DNA of 64,000 bases from Deltaproteobacteria bacterium (GTDB lineage: Bacteria > Myxococcota_A > Polyangia > Polyangiales > Houyiibacteriaceae): positions 64,001-128,000 of the forward strand of contig JAXMNT010000007.1 of assembly GCA_034670305.1 (NCBI GenBank). Direction: 5' to 3'. Positions 56,432 through 64,000 of this stretch are shown here, piece by piece (positions within the stretch are counted from its first letter, which is position 1; each line of letters begins with the position of its first letter). The notes below the pieces were generated by a model. The model saw only the letters and a program-made list of their open reading frames with translations. It was not told where the DNA came from and did not search any database. The position numbers and the translations under genes are program-made.

Positions 56432-57196
56432 ATGACCCGAGCCATCATTCTCGCCGCCGGAAAAGGCACCCGCCTCGTGCAGGGCCGCCCGTACCCGAAG
56501 CCGCTCGAAGAAGTCGACGGGATCCCCCTCATCGTGCGCATCCTGTCCGCGCTCGATCGATCGGGCATCAGCGAGGTGGGCATCGTCGTCGGTCACCTTG
56601 GCGACGTGCTGCGAGACGCGCTCGAGACCCGCACCATCGGTCCACGAATCACGTTCTTCGAGAACGACGAGATCGACAAACCGAACGGGACCTCCCTGCT
56701 CAAGGCAGCCGAGTTCGTCCGCGGCCCGACCTACCTGCTCATGAGCGACCATCTCTGGTCGCCATCGCTGATCCGCAAAGTCTCTCGCTTCCCGCTGGCC
56801 CATGACGAGTCGGTACTCGCCGTCGACCGAGACGTCCCGGGCTGCTTTGACTTGCCCGACGCGACCAAGGTCCGCGTCCGCGGCGATCGCATCGTCGAGA
56901 TCGGCAAGGAGCTTCCGAGCTTCGATTGCCTCGACACCGGTGTCTTCCGAATCACCCCGGCGCTCATCGAAGCGCTGCAGGCCGCCGAGACCGAAGAGGG
57001 CTGTTCGCTCTCCCAGGGCGTGGCGACGTTGGCCGCCCGCGGCAAGATGCGGGTCGTCGATGTGACGGGATGCAGCTGGATCGACGTGGACACCCCCGAC
57101 GCGCACGAGGAAGCCGAACGCCGCATTCGACGCTACGGCGACGACCTGACCCCGCGCCGCGTCCCGGCCGTGGCCGCCATGGGCCTGCTCGCCTGA
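56432..57196 (+). CDS. Nucleotidyltransferase (inositol-1-phosphate / choline-phosphate cytidylyltransferase-like)
   Basis: AIILAAGKGTRL, PKPL, NGTSL, LLMSDH, DATKV, IGKEL, DTGVF, WIDVDT. Confidence 0.85.
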   Translation: MTRAIILAAGKGTRLVQGRPYPKPLEEVDGIPLIVRILSALDRSGISEVGIVVGHLGDVLRDALETRTIGPRITFFENDEIDKPNGTSLLKAAEFVRGPTYLLMSDHLWSPSLIRKVSRFPLAHDESVLAVDRDVPGCFDLPDATKVRVRGDRIVEIGKELPSFDCLDTGVFRITPALIEALQAAETEEGCSLSQGVATLAARGKMRVVDVTGCSWIDVDTPDAHEEAERRIRRYGDDLTPRRVPAVAAMGLLA

Positions 57197-57252
57197 GCTC
57201 AGTCCGAGCGCCTGACCCCGACGCCGTGCTTGCCAACGCAAGCGCGGCGTTC

Positions 57253-57288
57253 GTGTCTGAGGCTGCCGCTGTGTCTGAGGCTGCCGCT
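57253..57288. repeat. Perfect 18-bp tandem duplication GTGTCTGAGGCTGCCGCT
   Basis: Two identical adjacent copies between convergent genes. Confidence 0.92.
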
Positions 57289-57290
57289 GC

Positions 57291-58949
57291 TCAGCGAGAC
57301 GTGAAGTTCAGCGGCACTTCGAAGTGCATGGGTCCACCCGGAGACGGGAAGGACCAACGACGCGCTTCTTCCTCGAGGCAGCGGCTGAACGCGGGCGGCG
57401 CCTCGTCTGAAGAGACCACCCGAACCTGACGCACGCGACCGTCCCGCGCGAGCGCGACCCGGAGCGCGTACCGACCGCGCAGATCGGGGTGGGTGCGACG
57501 CAGCGTGTGTTCGTAGCAGCGGCGCAGCCAACGTTGCCGCGGGGCGACCACCGCTCGGATCACCGCCGGCTCCAAGTGCCCCGGCACGACCTCCGTGCGG
57601 AGCGAACGTTCTTCCAGCGTGCCGCCTTCCGCGAGCAGTTCGAGTTCCGTCTGGTGCGCCCGTCCCGCGGTGTCGAACGCGGTGATGGAGACCTGGCCGG
57701 CCGGGAGTCGCAGATGAAGTGGACCCGCACCTTCCATTCGATCGCCATCGATCTCCCACGCCACGAACCGGTCACTCGCCGGGATGGTGAGCGGCGCGAG
57801 TGCTTCGTCCGAAGGAGTGAGATCCCGCGGCGTCGCGACGTGCCCCTCGCCGTCTCCACGCAGGGCGGTCGTGGTCACGGACTCCGCGCTGTGCCACTGC
57901 GCGGGCGCCTCGAGCAACTCGATGCGCGCGCCGTCGCGGTGCCGGAGCTCGACCCTGCCTTCGTCGAGCGTCACCGAGAGGTGCTCGCCGTCCACCGCCA
58001 CCTCGAAGCGCGTCCCCCGGACGTGCACTTCGTACAAGTCGGTGTGGACCATGTACCGAGTCCCCGTCCGGACCTGGTTCGAGATGCGGCCGCTGCGGAG
58101 TTCGATCGTGATGCCGTCCTCGGTGAGTTCGGTGGGCGCGGCGTCCCCCTCGAGTACGAAGCCGGTGCCCTCCGCCAAACGCACGTGAAGCGCACCCTCG
58201 GCGCGGAGCGGCTGGTCGACCCGGACCGCGTCTCCGAGTCGAATCGGCTCCAAGGCGTCGCCATCGAGTCGGTATGCCTCACCCACCATTGCCGTGACTT
58301 CGCCGACGATCACGGCGGCGATCTCTGGCGCGCGGGTCGGCAGCGGACGTTCGACTTCGGCCACCGTGTCCGAAGCCGGTTGGTTCGAAATCCATGCGAC
58401 TGCGAGCGCGGCCGCGGCCGCGAGTCCGACCATCCAGACCGCGGTGCGACGCGCAGGCTGCCGCGCGACACTGCGCGCCTCGCGGCGAAGCGCGAGCTCC
58501 ATGCGCGAGAAGTCCACCGGCGGCATCGCGGTCTCGGCTTCCGCTTCGCCGGAGAGCTCGGCGAACGCCCGGATTTGCGCGAGCGCCTCCCGGTCGATCG
58601 ACGAGGCCTCCAAGAAGCGTTCGAGCGTCTCCCGAGCTCCGGTCGACAGGGCCCCTTCTTCGTATGCCATCAGCGCCCGCCAGCGCGGCGTGCGCGAACG
58701 TCCCGCGCCTCGCTCCGCTGTCTGCTTCGGCTCATCCGCGATGGCGGCCGACAGTCCCTCCGCGACCCGGTCCCAGTCGAGCGTGGGGACCGGCAACGTC
58801 CCGACGTCGCCGGCGACGGAGGCGAGCGCCCGAACCTCCGCGAGCGCGCGGCGATGTTCGCTCGATTCGAGGAGACGTTCGACGCGCCGCTGACCGGCTT
58901 CGCTGAGGCGACCCGCCGCGTACGCTTCGAGTGCTCGAAGTTTGCTCAT
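57291..58949 (-). CDS. Anti-sigma factor-like membrane protein: duplicated N-terminal domain, TM, FecR domain, AgmX/PglI C-terminal domain
   Basis: Overlaps the ECF sigma stop; VHVRGTRFEV...VTLDEGRVE (FecR); LRRCYEHTLR..PDLRGR...CL...W.FP...FEVPLNF. Confidence 0.82.
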   Translation of the reverse strand: MSKLRALEAYAAGRLSEAGQRRVERLLESSEHRRALAEVRALASVAGDVGTLPVPTLDWDRVAEGLSAAIADEPKQTAERGAGRSRTPRWRALMAYEEGALSTGARETLERFLEASSIDREALAQIRAFAELSGEAEAETAMPPVDFSRMELALRREARSVARQPARRTAVWMVGLAAAAALAVAWISNQPASDTVAEVERPLPTRAPEIAAVIVGEVTAMVGEAYRLDGDALEPIRLGDAVRVDQPLRAEGALHVRLAEGTGFVLEGDAAPTELTEDGITIELRSGRISNQVRTGTRYMVHTDLYEVHVRGTRFEVAVDGEHLSVTLDEGRVELRHRDGARIELLEAPAQWHSAESVTTTALRGDGEGHVATPRDLTPSDEALAPLTIPASDRFVAWEIDGDRMEGAGPLHLRLPAGQVSITAFDTAGRAHQTELELLAEGGTLEERSLRTEVVPGHLEPAVIRAVVAPRQRWLRRCYEHTLRRTHPDLRGRYALRVALARDGRVRQVRVVSSDEAPPAFSRCLEEEARRWSFPSPGGPMHFEVPLNFTSR

Positions 58950-59581
58950 GGCGCGTTCTCCGCGGAGGTCGCCTTCGCCTTCTTGCGCTTCTTCCGGGCC
59001 GGCTTTCCGGGCAACGCGTCGAGCAGTTCATCGACCACCGCGGCGAGGCTCGGCTCCTCGGAGAGCGCGGCGTAGAGTTCCTTGCGCGCGTAGAAGAGGC
59101 GGGTCCGCACGGTGAGCACCGGAGCCTCGACCACCTCCGCGATCTCTTTCGCGCTCATGCCCTCGAAGTCGTGCAGCACGAGGACCTCGCGCTTCTTCTC
59201 GCTGAGCCGATCCACCAGACGGTACAGCGCTTCGACCCGCTCGCGCCGCTCGACCGCCTGGTCGGGGGCGTCGTCCCGGGGTTCGAGCCGCTCTGGAATG
59301 GGCACGTCCGCAAAACGCGGGCGCGACTTCTTCCGGCGCAGATGCATCTTCGTGACGTTGGCCGAAAGCCGGTAAAGCCACGTGGTGAACTTCGCCTCAC
59401 CCCGGAAGGTGTGCAGCGAGCGGTAGACGTGGATGAACACGTCCTGGACCACATCCTCGATCTCAGAGGAGGGGCCCATCACCCGATACACGACCCGCGC
59501 AACGGTGTCCCTGTACTTCAGGAAGAGCTCTTGAAACGCTGCCTGGTCCCCGTTTTGGGCCCGCTCGACAAGAGGATCCAC
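58946..59581 (-). CDS. ECF RNA polymerase sigma factor
   Basis: LVERAQNGDQAAF, EDVVQDVFI, FRGEAKFTTWLYRL, VLVLHDFEGMSAKEIAE, TVRTRLFYARKEL; GTG start inferred. Confidence 0.94.
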   Translation of the reverse strand: MDPLVERAQNGDQAAFQELFLKYRDTVARVVYRVMGPSSEIEDVVQDVFIHVYRSLHTFRGEAKFTTWLYRLSANVTKMHLRRKKSRPRFADVPIPERLEPRDDAPDQAVERRERVEALYRLVDRLSEKKREVLVLHDFEGMSAKEIAEVVEAPVLTVRTRLFYARKELYAALSEEPSLAAVVDELLDALPGKPARKKRKKAKATSAENAP

Positions 59582-59758
59582 ACGTCGCCTGGGGTTCTGA
59601 GTCGCGGAGTTCGTGGTGAAGGCGGGCAGAATGCCCGCTGCCGGGGACGGTAGCACGGTCACACCCACTGGTTGCCGGGGCCACACCCGACATTCACCCA
59701 CCGGGTGAACCCAGCCAAGCCCGTTGCGGTCGCAGGCACACCGGTCTATGGCTCCGCC

Positions 59759-60760
59759 GTGCTGGAGGTCGAAGGGCTCACCAAACTCTACGGGTCGCGG
59801 GTCGCCGTCGACGATGTCTCATTCCGGGTGGGACGCGGCGAGGTCGTGGGATTTCTGGGACCGAACGGCGCCGGCAAGAGCACGACGCTCCGGATGATCA
59901 CGGGGTTCCTTGCCCCGACCGCCGGCCGCATCCGGGTCGATGGCATCGACGCCATCAAGTCGCCGCTCGAGGCCCGCGCCCTCATCGGATACATGCCGGA
60001 AGGTGTGCCGCTCTACCCCGAGATGCGGGTGTTCGAGTACCTGCGCTACCGGGCCGAACTCAAGGGCATCCGTGGCAAGAAGGGCATCGCCGCCGCGGTG
60101 GACCGCAGCCTCGATCAAGCCGCCGTGCAGGACGCCGAGACCCGCATCATCGGCCAGCTCTCGAAGGGCTACCGCCAGCGGGTGGGACTCGCCGACGCAC
60201 TGCTCACCGACCCGCCGCTCTTGATTCTGGACGAACCCACGAGCGGTTTGGACCCGAACCAGATCCGTTCGGTGCGTGCTCTGGTGCGCGGCTTCGCGAA
60301 GGACAAGACCGTCTTCCTCTCGACCCACATTCTTCCGGAGGTCGAAGCGATCTGTTCGCGCGTGATCATCATCGATCGCGGGCGCATGGTGGGGGAGGGC
60401 GAACCCGGCACGCTGCGGCGCGGCGAATCCTCCGTGGTCACGTTCGTCGGACTCGGGGCCGTGGACGCGTTCGAAGACGTGCTCGAGGGGCTCGAGGTGG
60501 TCGTGGACTACGAGCTCGAACCGCAGGGGGATCTGCTGCACGGACACGTGCGGGTCACCGCCGACACGGGCGCCGAAGCCATCTTCACCGCGGTCGCCGC
60601 CGCCGGACTCTCGCTCCGTGAACTGCGTCCCGGCGGCGCGAGCCTCGAAGACGTCTTCACCTCCCTCACCGCCGAGGAAGACGACGACGAAGAAGACCAG
60701 GGCACCGACGAGGACGACGGCGAGCCGAGCGCCGCGGCCCGTGGGGGAGAAGAACAATGA
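59759..60760 (+). CDS. ABC transporter ATP-binding protein (GldA-like)
   Basis: GPNGAGKST, GYMPE, LSKGYRQRVGLA, LILDEPTSGLDP, STH. Confidence 0.94.
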   Translation: MLEVEGLTKLYGSRVAVDDVSFRVGRGEVVGFLGPNGAGKSTTLRMITGFLAPTAGRIRVDGIDAIKSPLEARALIGYMPEGVPLYPEMRVFEYLRYRAELKGIRGKKGIAAAVDRSLDQAAVQDAETRIIGQLSKGYRQRVGLADALLTDPPLLILDEPTSGLDPNQIRSVRALVRGFAKDKTVFLSTHILPEVEAICSRVIIIDRGRMVGEGEPGTLRRGESSVVTFVGLGAVDAFEDVLEGLEVVVDYELEPQGDLLHGHVRVTADTGAEAIFTAVAAAGLSLRELRPGGASLEDVFTSLTAEEDDDEEDQGTDEDDGEPSAAARGGEEQ

Positions 60761-61503
60761 GGGCCGCGTGGACCATCGCCAAACGCGAGGTGCGCTCGTA
60801 CTTCACCTCGCCCATCGCGTATGTGTTGCTCGTCGCCTGGATCCTCGTGACCGGCCTGAGCTTCTACACCCTCGTGCACTGGTTCGCGGGACGCCCAGCC
60901 ACCGGCGGCAGCGACAACCCGCTCACGCTCTTCTTCGGCGGCACCGTCTTGTTCTGGCTTCCGCTTCTGGTGTTCGCACCCATCATGACGATGCGGCTGT
61001 TCGCAGCCGAGCGCAGCAGCGGCACGCTCGAGCCGCTCATGACGGTTCCCATCCGCGAGGTCTCCATCGTCGCCGGCAAACTCGCGGCGGCCATGACCTT
61101 CTGGGTCGCCCTTTGGGTCCCGACGTTTCTGTATGTCTGGATCGTCAGCCGCTACGGCGACATCGATCTCGGCGCGGTGGCGGCGAGCTACTTCGGCGTG
61201 TTCGGCATCGGCTTGTTCTACATGTCGTGGGGCATGCTGATGAGCGCGCTCTCCACCAACCAGATCGTCGCGGCCATCTTGAGCTTCCTGGTCATCGGGT
61301 TGTTCTTCGTCGCCGGCATCTTCCAGTTCGTGGTCGACGGTCCCACCCGTGACCTGCTCGCGTACGTGAGCGTCTGGAGCCAGATGACCGACTTCGCCAA
61401 AGGCGTCGTCGACACCCGCTACCTCGTCTTCTACGGGAGCTGGAGCGCGGTCGCGTTCTTCCTCACGGTCCGAGTGCTCGCCTGGCGGAGGATCGCAGGA
61501 TGA
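60757..61503 (+). CDS. ABC-2 permease (GldF-like)
   Basis: IAKREVRSYFTSPIAY, TMRLFAAERSSGTLE.LMT.P, NQIVAA. Confidence 0.92.
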   Translation: MRAAWTIAKREVRSYFTSPIAYVLLVAWILVTGLSFYTLVHWFAGRPATGGSDNPLTLFFGGTVLFWLPLLVFAPIMTMRLFAAERSSGTLEPLMTVPIREVSIVAGKLAAAMTFWVALWVPTFLYVWIVSRYGDIDLGAVAASYFGVFGIGLFYMSWGMLMSALSTNQIVAAILSFLVIGLFFVAGIFQFVVDGPTRDLLAYVSVWSQMTDFAKGVVDTRYLVFYGSWSAVAFFLTVRVLAWRRIAG

Positions 61504-63080
61504 GCGCGTCGAAGAAGAAGCCCGACCAAGAGTCGACCGAGCCGGACGTGGCGAAGGCAACCGAAGACCGGGTGCCCACCCGAGACGACGCGGAGACCGG
61601 CCGAGCGATGGCAAGGCAGCGGCTGCACGCGATCGTCGGCAGCCTGCTCGCGCTCTTCGTGTGCCTCGAGGTGAACTACCTCGCGTTCCGCCACTTCCAC
61701 CGCTTCGACTGGACGAGCGACGACCGCTTCACGCTCTCGGAGCGCACCCACGAAGAGCTGGCGCGCCTCGACCAGAACATCGACGTCTTCATCATCCTCT
61801 CCGAAGCCGAACCCGCCTTCGCGGATCTGCACGAACTGTTGCAGCGCTACCGAGCGGACTCGACGCTCCTGACGGTCACCCACGTCGACCCCGACCTGCA
61901 GGCCGCGGAGCTGCGCCGGGTCGCGGAGCGGTTCGACCTCGAGGTGGGCATGGCGTCCACCGGCGAAGCCATCGCCGACGTCGCGATCGTCATCGCCAGC
62001 GGTGATCGGCACTGGAAGATCACCCGCGACGATTTGTTCTCGCTCGACGTCGACGACCTCGAAGGCAACGCCGCACCGATGGTCGACGTGAAGTCGGAGC
62101 GAGCGCTCACCGGCGGCATCGTCCAGGTCCTGCGCGGCGACGCGACCCACGTGTGCTTGACCACCGGGCGCGGGGAGTGGGGCCCGAGCGGCGAGCGGCC
62201 GAACTACCTCCTGCGCGAAGAGTTCGAACGCGAGAACATCGTGCTCGAGATGTTGCCGGCGGTTGGGCTCGCCGCCATCCCAGACAGCTGCGACGCGGTC
62301 TTCGTGCTCGGGCCGCAGCGCGGGTTCTCGATCGACGAGGCACGGGTTCTGATCGAATGGGTGCGCGCCGGCGGCGATGTGTTGCTCGCCCTCGATCCGA
62401 TCCTCGAGCGGGAGGCGGTCGAACCAAGCGGCTTCGAGGACGTGCTCTCCGAGCTCGGCATCTCGCTCGACCCGGACGTGGTGCTCGAACTCGACCCGCG
62501 CTTGCTCTTGCGCCGAGATCCGAGCGACCTCTTCCGCATCGCAACACTGGGCGACCACGTGACCACCCGCGCTGCGCGGATCCGTGGCGGGAGCTTTGGC
62601 GTGAACCTCGTCCGAAGCGTGCGCGCCGACGAAGGCTCGACCGCGATCCCGCTGCTGTTGACCTCCGACGCGGCATTCGGCGAGATGGATCTGGGCGCGA
62701 TGATTCGCGACGCGGACCTCGAGGCGGGGCCCGAGGATCTGCCAGGACCGCTTTCGATCGCCGTCGCGGCCGAAGCACCCACCCCCGGCGCCGAACCCGG
62801 CGACCGGCCGGGTCGCATCGTCGTGTTGGGCGACTCGGATTGGTTGGAGCCCGGACTGCTGCTGGACGGACAGTTCAGCAACATCGATCTGCTCATGGCG
62901 TGGACCGGGTGGCTCACCGAACGCGACGCACTCATCGCGATTCCGCCGAGGCGCGCCAACCTCCAGGCGGTCGTCATGAGCGAGGCCGACGTGGCCGGCG
63001 TGCGTTGGCGGGTGTTCGGCATGTTGCCCGGCGCGGTGTTGCTGCTCGGCTTCGCTGTGTGGTGGTCGCGGAGGCAATGA
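61500..63080 (+). CDS. GldG-like ABC auxiliary component
   Basis: RFDWTSDDRFTLSERT, VDPD, GRIVVLGDSD, N.DL...WL, C-terminal TM ending WWSRR. Confidence 0.88.
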   Translation: MSASKKKPDQESTEPDVAKATEDRVPTRDDAETGRAMARQRLHAIVGSLLALFVCLEVNYLAFRHFHRFDWTSDDRFTLSERTHEELARLDQNIDVFIILSEAEPAFADLHELLQRYRADSTLLTVTHVDPDLQAAELRRVAERFDLEVGMASTGEAIADVAIVIASGDRHWKITRDDLFSLDVDDLEGNAAPMVDVKSERALTGGIVQVLRGDATHVCLTTGRGEWGPSGERPNYLLREEFERENIVLEMLPAVGLAAIPDSCDAVFVLGPQRGFSIDEARVLIEWVRAGGDVLLALDPILEREAVEPSGFEDVLSELGISLDPDVVLELDPRLLLRRDPSDLFRIATLGDHVTTRAARIRGGSFGVNLVRSVRADEGSTAIPLLLTSDAAFGEMDLGAMIRDADLEAGPEDLPGPLSIAVAAEAPTPGAEPGDRPGRIVVLGDSDWLEPGLLLDGQFSNIDLLMAWTGWLTERDALIAIPPRRANLQAVVMSEADVAGVRWRVFGMLPGAVLLLGFAVWWSRRQ

Positions 63081-63081
63081 C

Positions 63082-64000
63082 GTGAACCGCCACACCACCA
63101 CCGCGCTCGCCGTCGTCGCGATCGGCCTGTTCGCCTTCATCGTGCTCTACGAGCGCCACACCCTCTCGAGTGGAGAGGTGGCGGAGGTGCGGGGGCAGCT
63201 GCTCGAGCGCTTCGTGCGCGCGCGAGTCGACCGCATCGAGATCACCCGCGGCGACGATGCCACGACGCTGCAGCGCCACCGCGAAGCCGACGAGTTGCTC
63301 GGCTCCTGGCGTGTCGAAGAACCGTTCGATTCGCTCGCCGACGACGACGTGGTCGGGTCGCTGCTCGGCGCGGTTCAGTACGCGGCCGCCCGCCGCACGC
63401 TCGAGGACGTGTCCGACGCCAACCGCGACGAGTTCGGCCTTGGTTCGCCGCGTCTGACCGCGCGCTTCCGGGTCGCCAACGAGTGGGTCGAGTTGGCGTT
63501 CGGTTCGGAAGACCCGACCGAGACGGGCCTCTACATGGCGGTCGACGACGTCGTGCACGTGGTCGGCAAAGACGTGTTCGAGGCGCTCGACCACGACCCC
63601 GCGTACTTTCGTTCGAAGCGCCTCCTCGAGCGGGGTGTCGTCACCGCGACGACGTTGGAGATCGAGTTCGAGAGCGGTGTTCGCAGCCTCACCCGCGAGG
63701 GATCGAACGAGCAGGTGGGCAGTTGGTTCATGGACCTCGGCGACGGCCGAGTCTTGGCCGCGACCACGCGGGTGGAAGAAGCCCTGCAAGCCTTCACCGA
63801 TCTCACCGCGAGCACGTTCCCCTCGAACGATTCGATTGGCACGGTCTGGCTGCGCGCGACCGCGTCGCTCGTGGCGGTGGGCGACCAACCCGCCCGTCGG
63901 GTGGAGCTCCGCGTCGGCGAACCTTGCGAAGGCGGCAGGCTCGCACAAGCGACCACCCGTCCCGACTCTGGCGACGCGCTGGAGAGTGCCATCGGATGCA
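63082..64000 (+). CDS. DUF4340-like protein, partial (runs off the window)
   Basis: Manually read frame from GTG 63082: NRHTTTALAVVAIGLFAFIVLYER...VDRIEITRG...WRVEEPF...AD...EFGLGSPR; usual position after GldG-like genes. Confidence 0.78.
   Translation, partial: MNRHTTTALAVVAIGLFAFIVLYERHTLSSGEVAEVRGQLLERFVRARVDRIEITRGDDATTLQRHREADELLGSWRVEEPFDSLADDDVVGSLLGAVQYAAARRTLEDVSDANRDEFGLGSPRLTARFRVANEWVELAFGSEDPTETGLYMAVDDVVHVVGKDVFEALDHDPAYFRSKRLLERGVVTATTLEIEFESGVRSLTREGSNEQVGSWFMDLGDGRVLAATTRVEEALQAFTDLTASTFPSNDSIGTVWLRATASLVAVGDQPARRVELRVGEPCEGGRLAQATTRPDSGDALESAIGC

Overview
GC-rich, gene-dense bacterial chromosome segment. The gene content (AgmX/PglI-type C-terminal domains, Cys-rich lipoprotein, sigma-54 activator, ino1) suggests a myxobacterium, possibly Polyangiales; this is inference, not a search result. 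It is mostly core genome: a split riboflavin locus (ribD-nrdR divergent from ribBA-ribH-nusB), valS, the rimP-nusA-ylxR-infB-rbfA-nrnA-truB operon, glk, cysC, ruvX-mltG, eno, ybeY, an HU-family gene and a GldA/F/G-like ABC system. I saw no tRNA, rRNA, CRISPR array, transposase or prophage. The most interesting items are: (1) a 648-aa protein fusing an SRPBCC/AHSA1 domain to a charged helix and a very long histone-H1-like Lys/Ala/Thr tail; (2) a sigma-54 promoter plus NtrC-like upstream site ahead of an MBL-fold hydrolase and a sigma-54 activator with a cyclic-nucleotide-type GAF domain, a candidate second-messenger feedback loop; (3) an ECF sigma whose anti-sigma has a duplicated N-terminal domain and a TonB-C-like tail; (4) an apparently catalytically dead, full-length biotin carboxylase coupled to enolase; (5) a TatT/TatP transporter pair without a local permease; and (6) several structured or periodic intergenic elements. 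All product calls come from motif recognition by eye, and many starts were trimmed from the ORF track.
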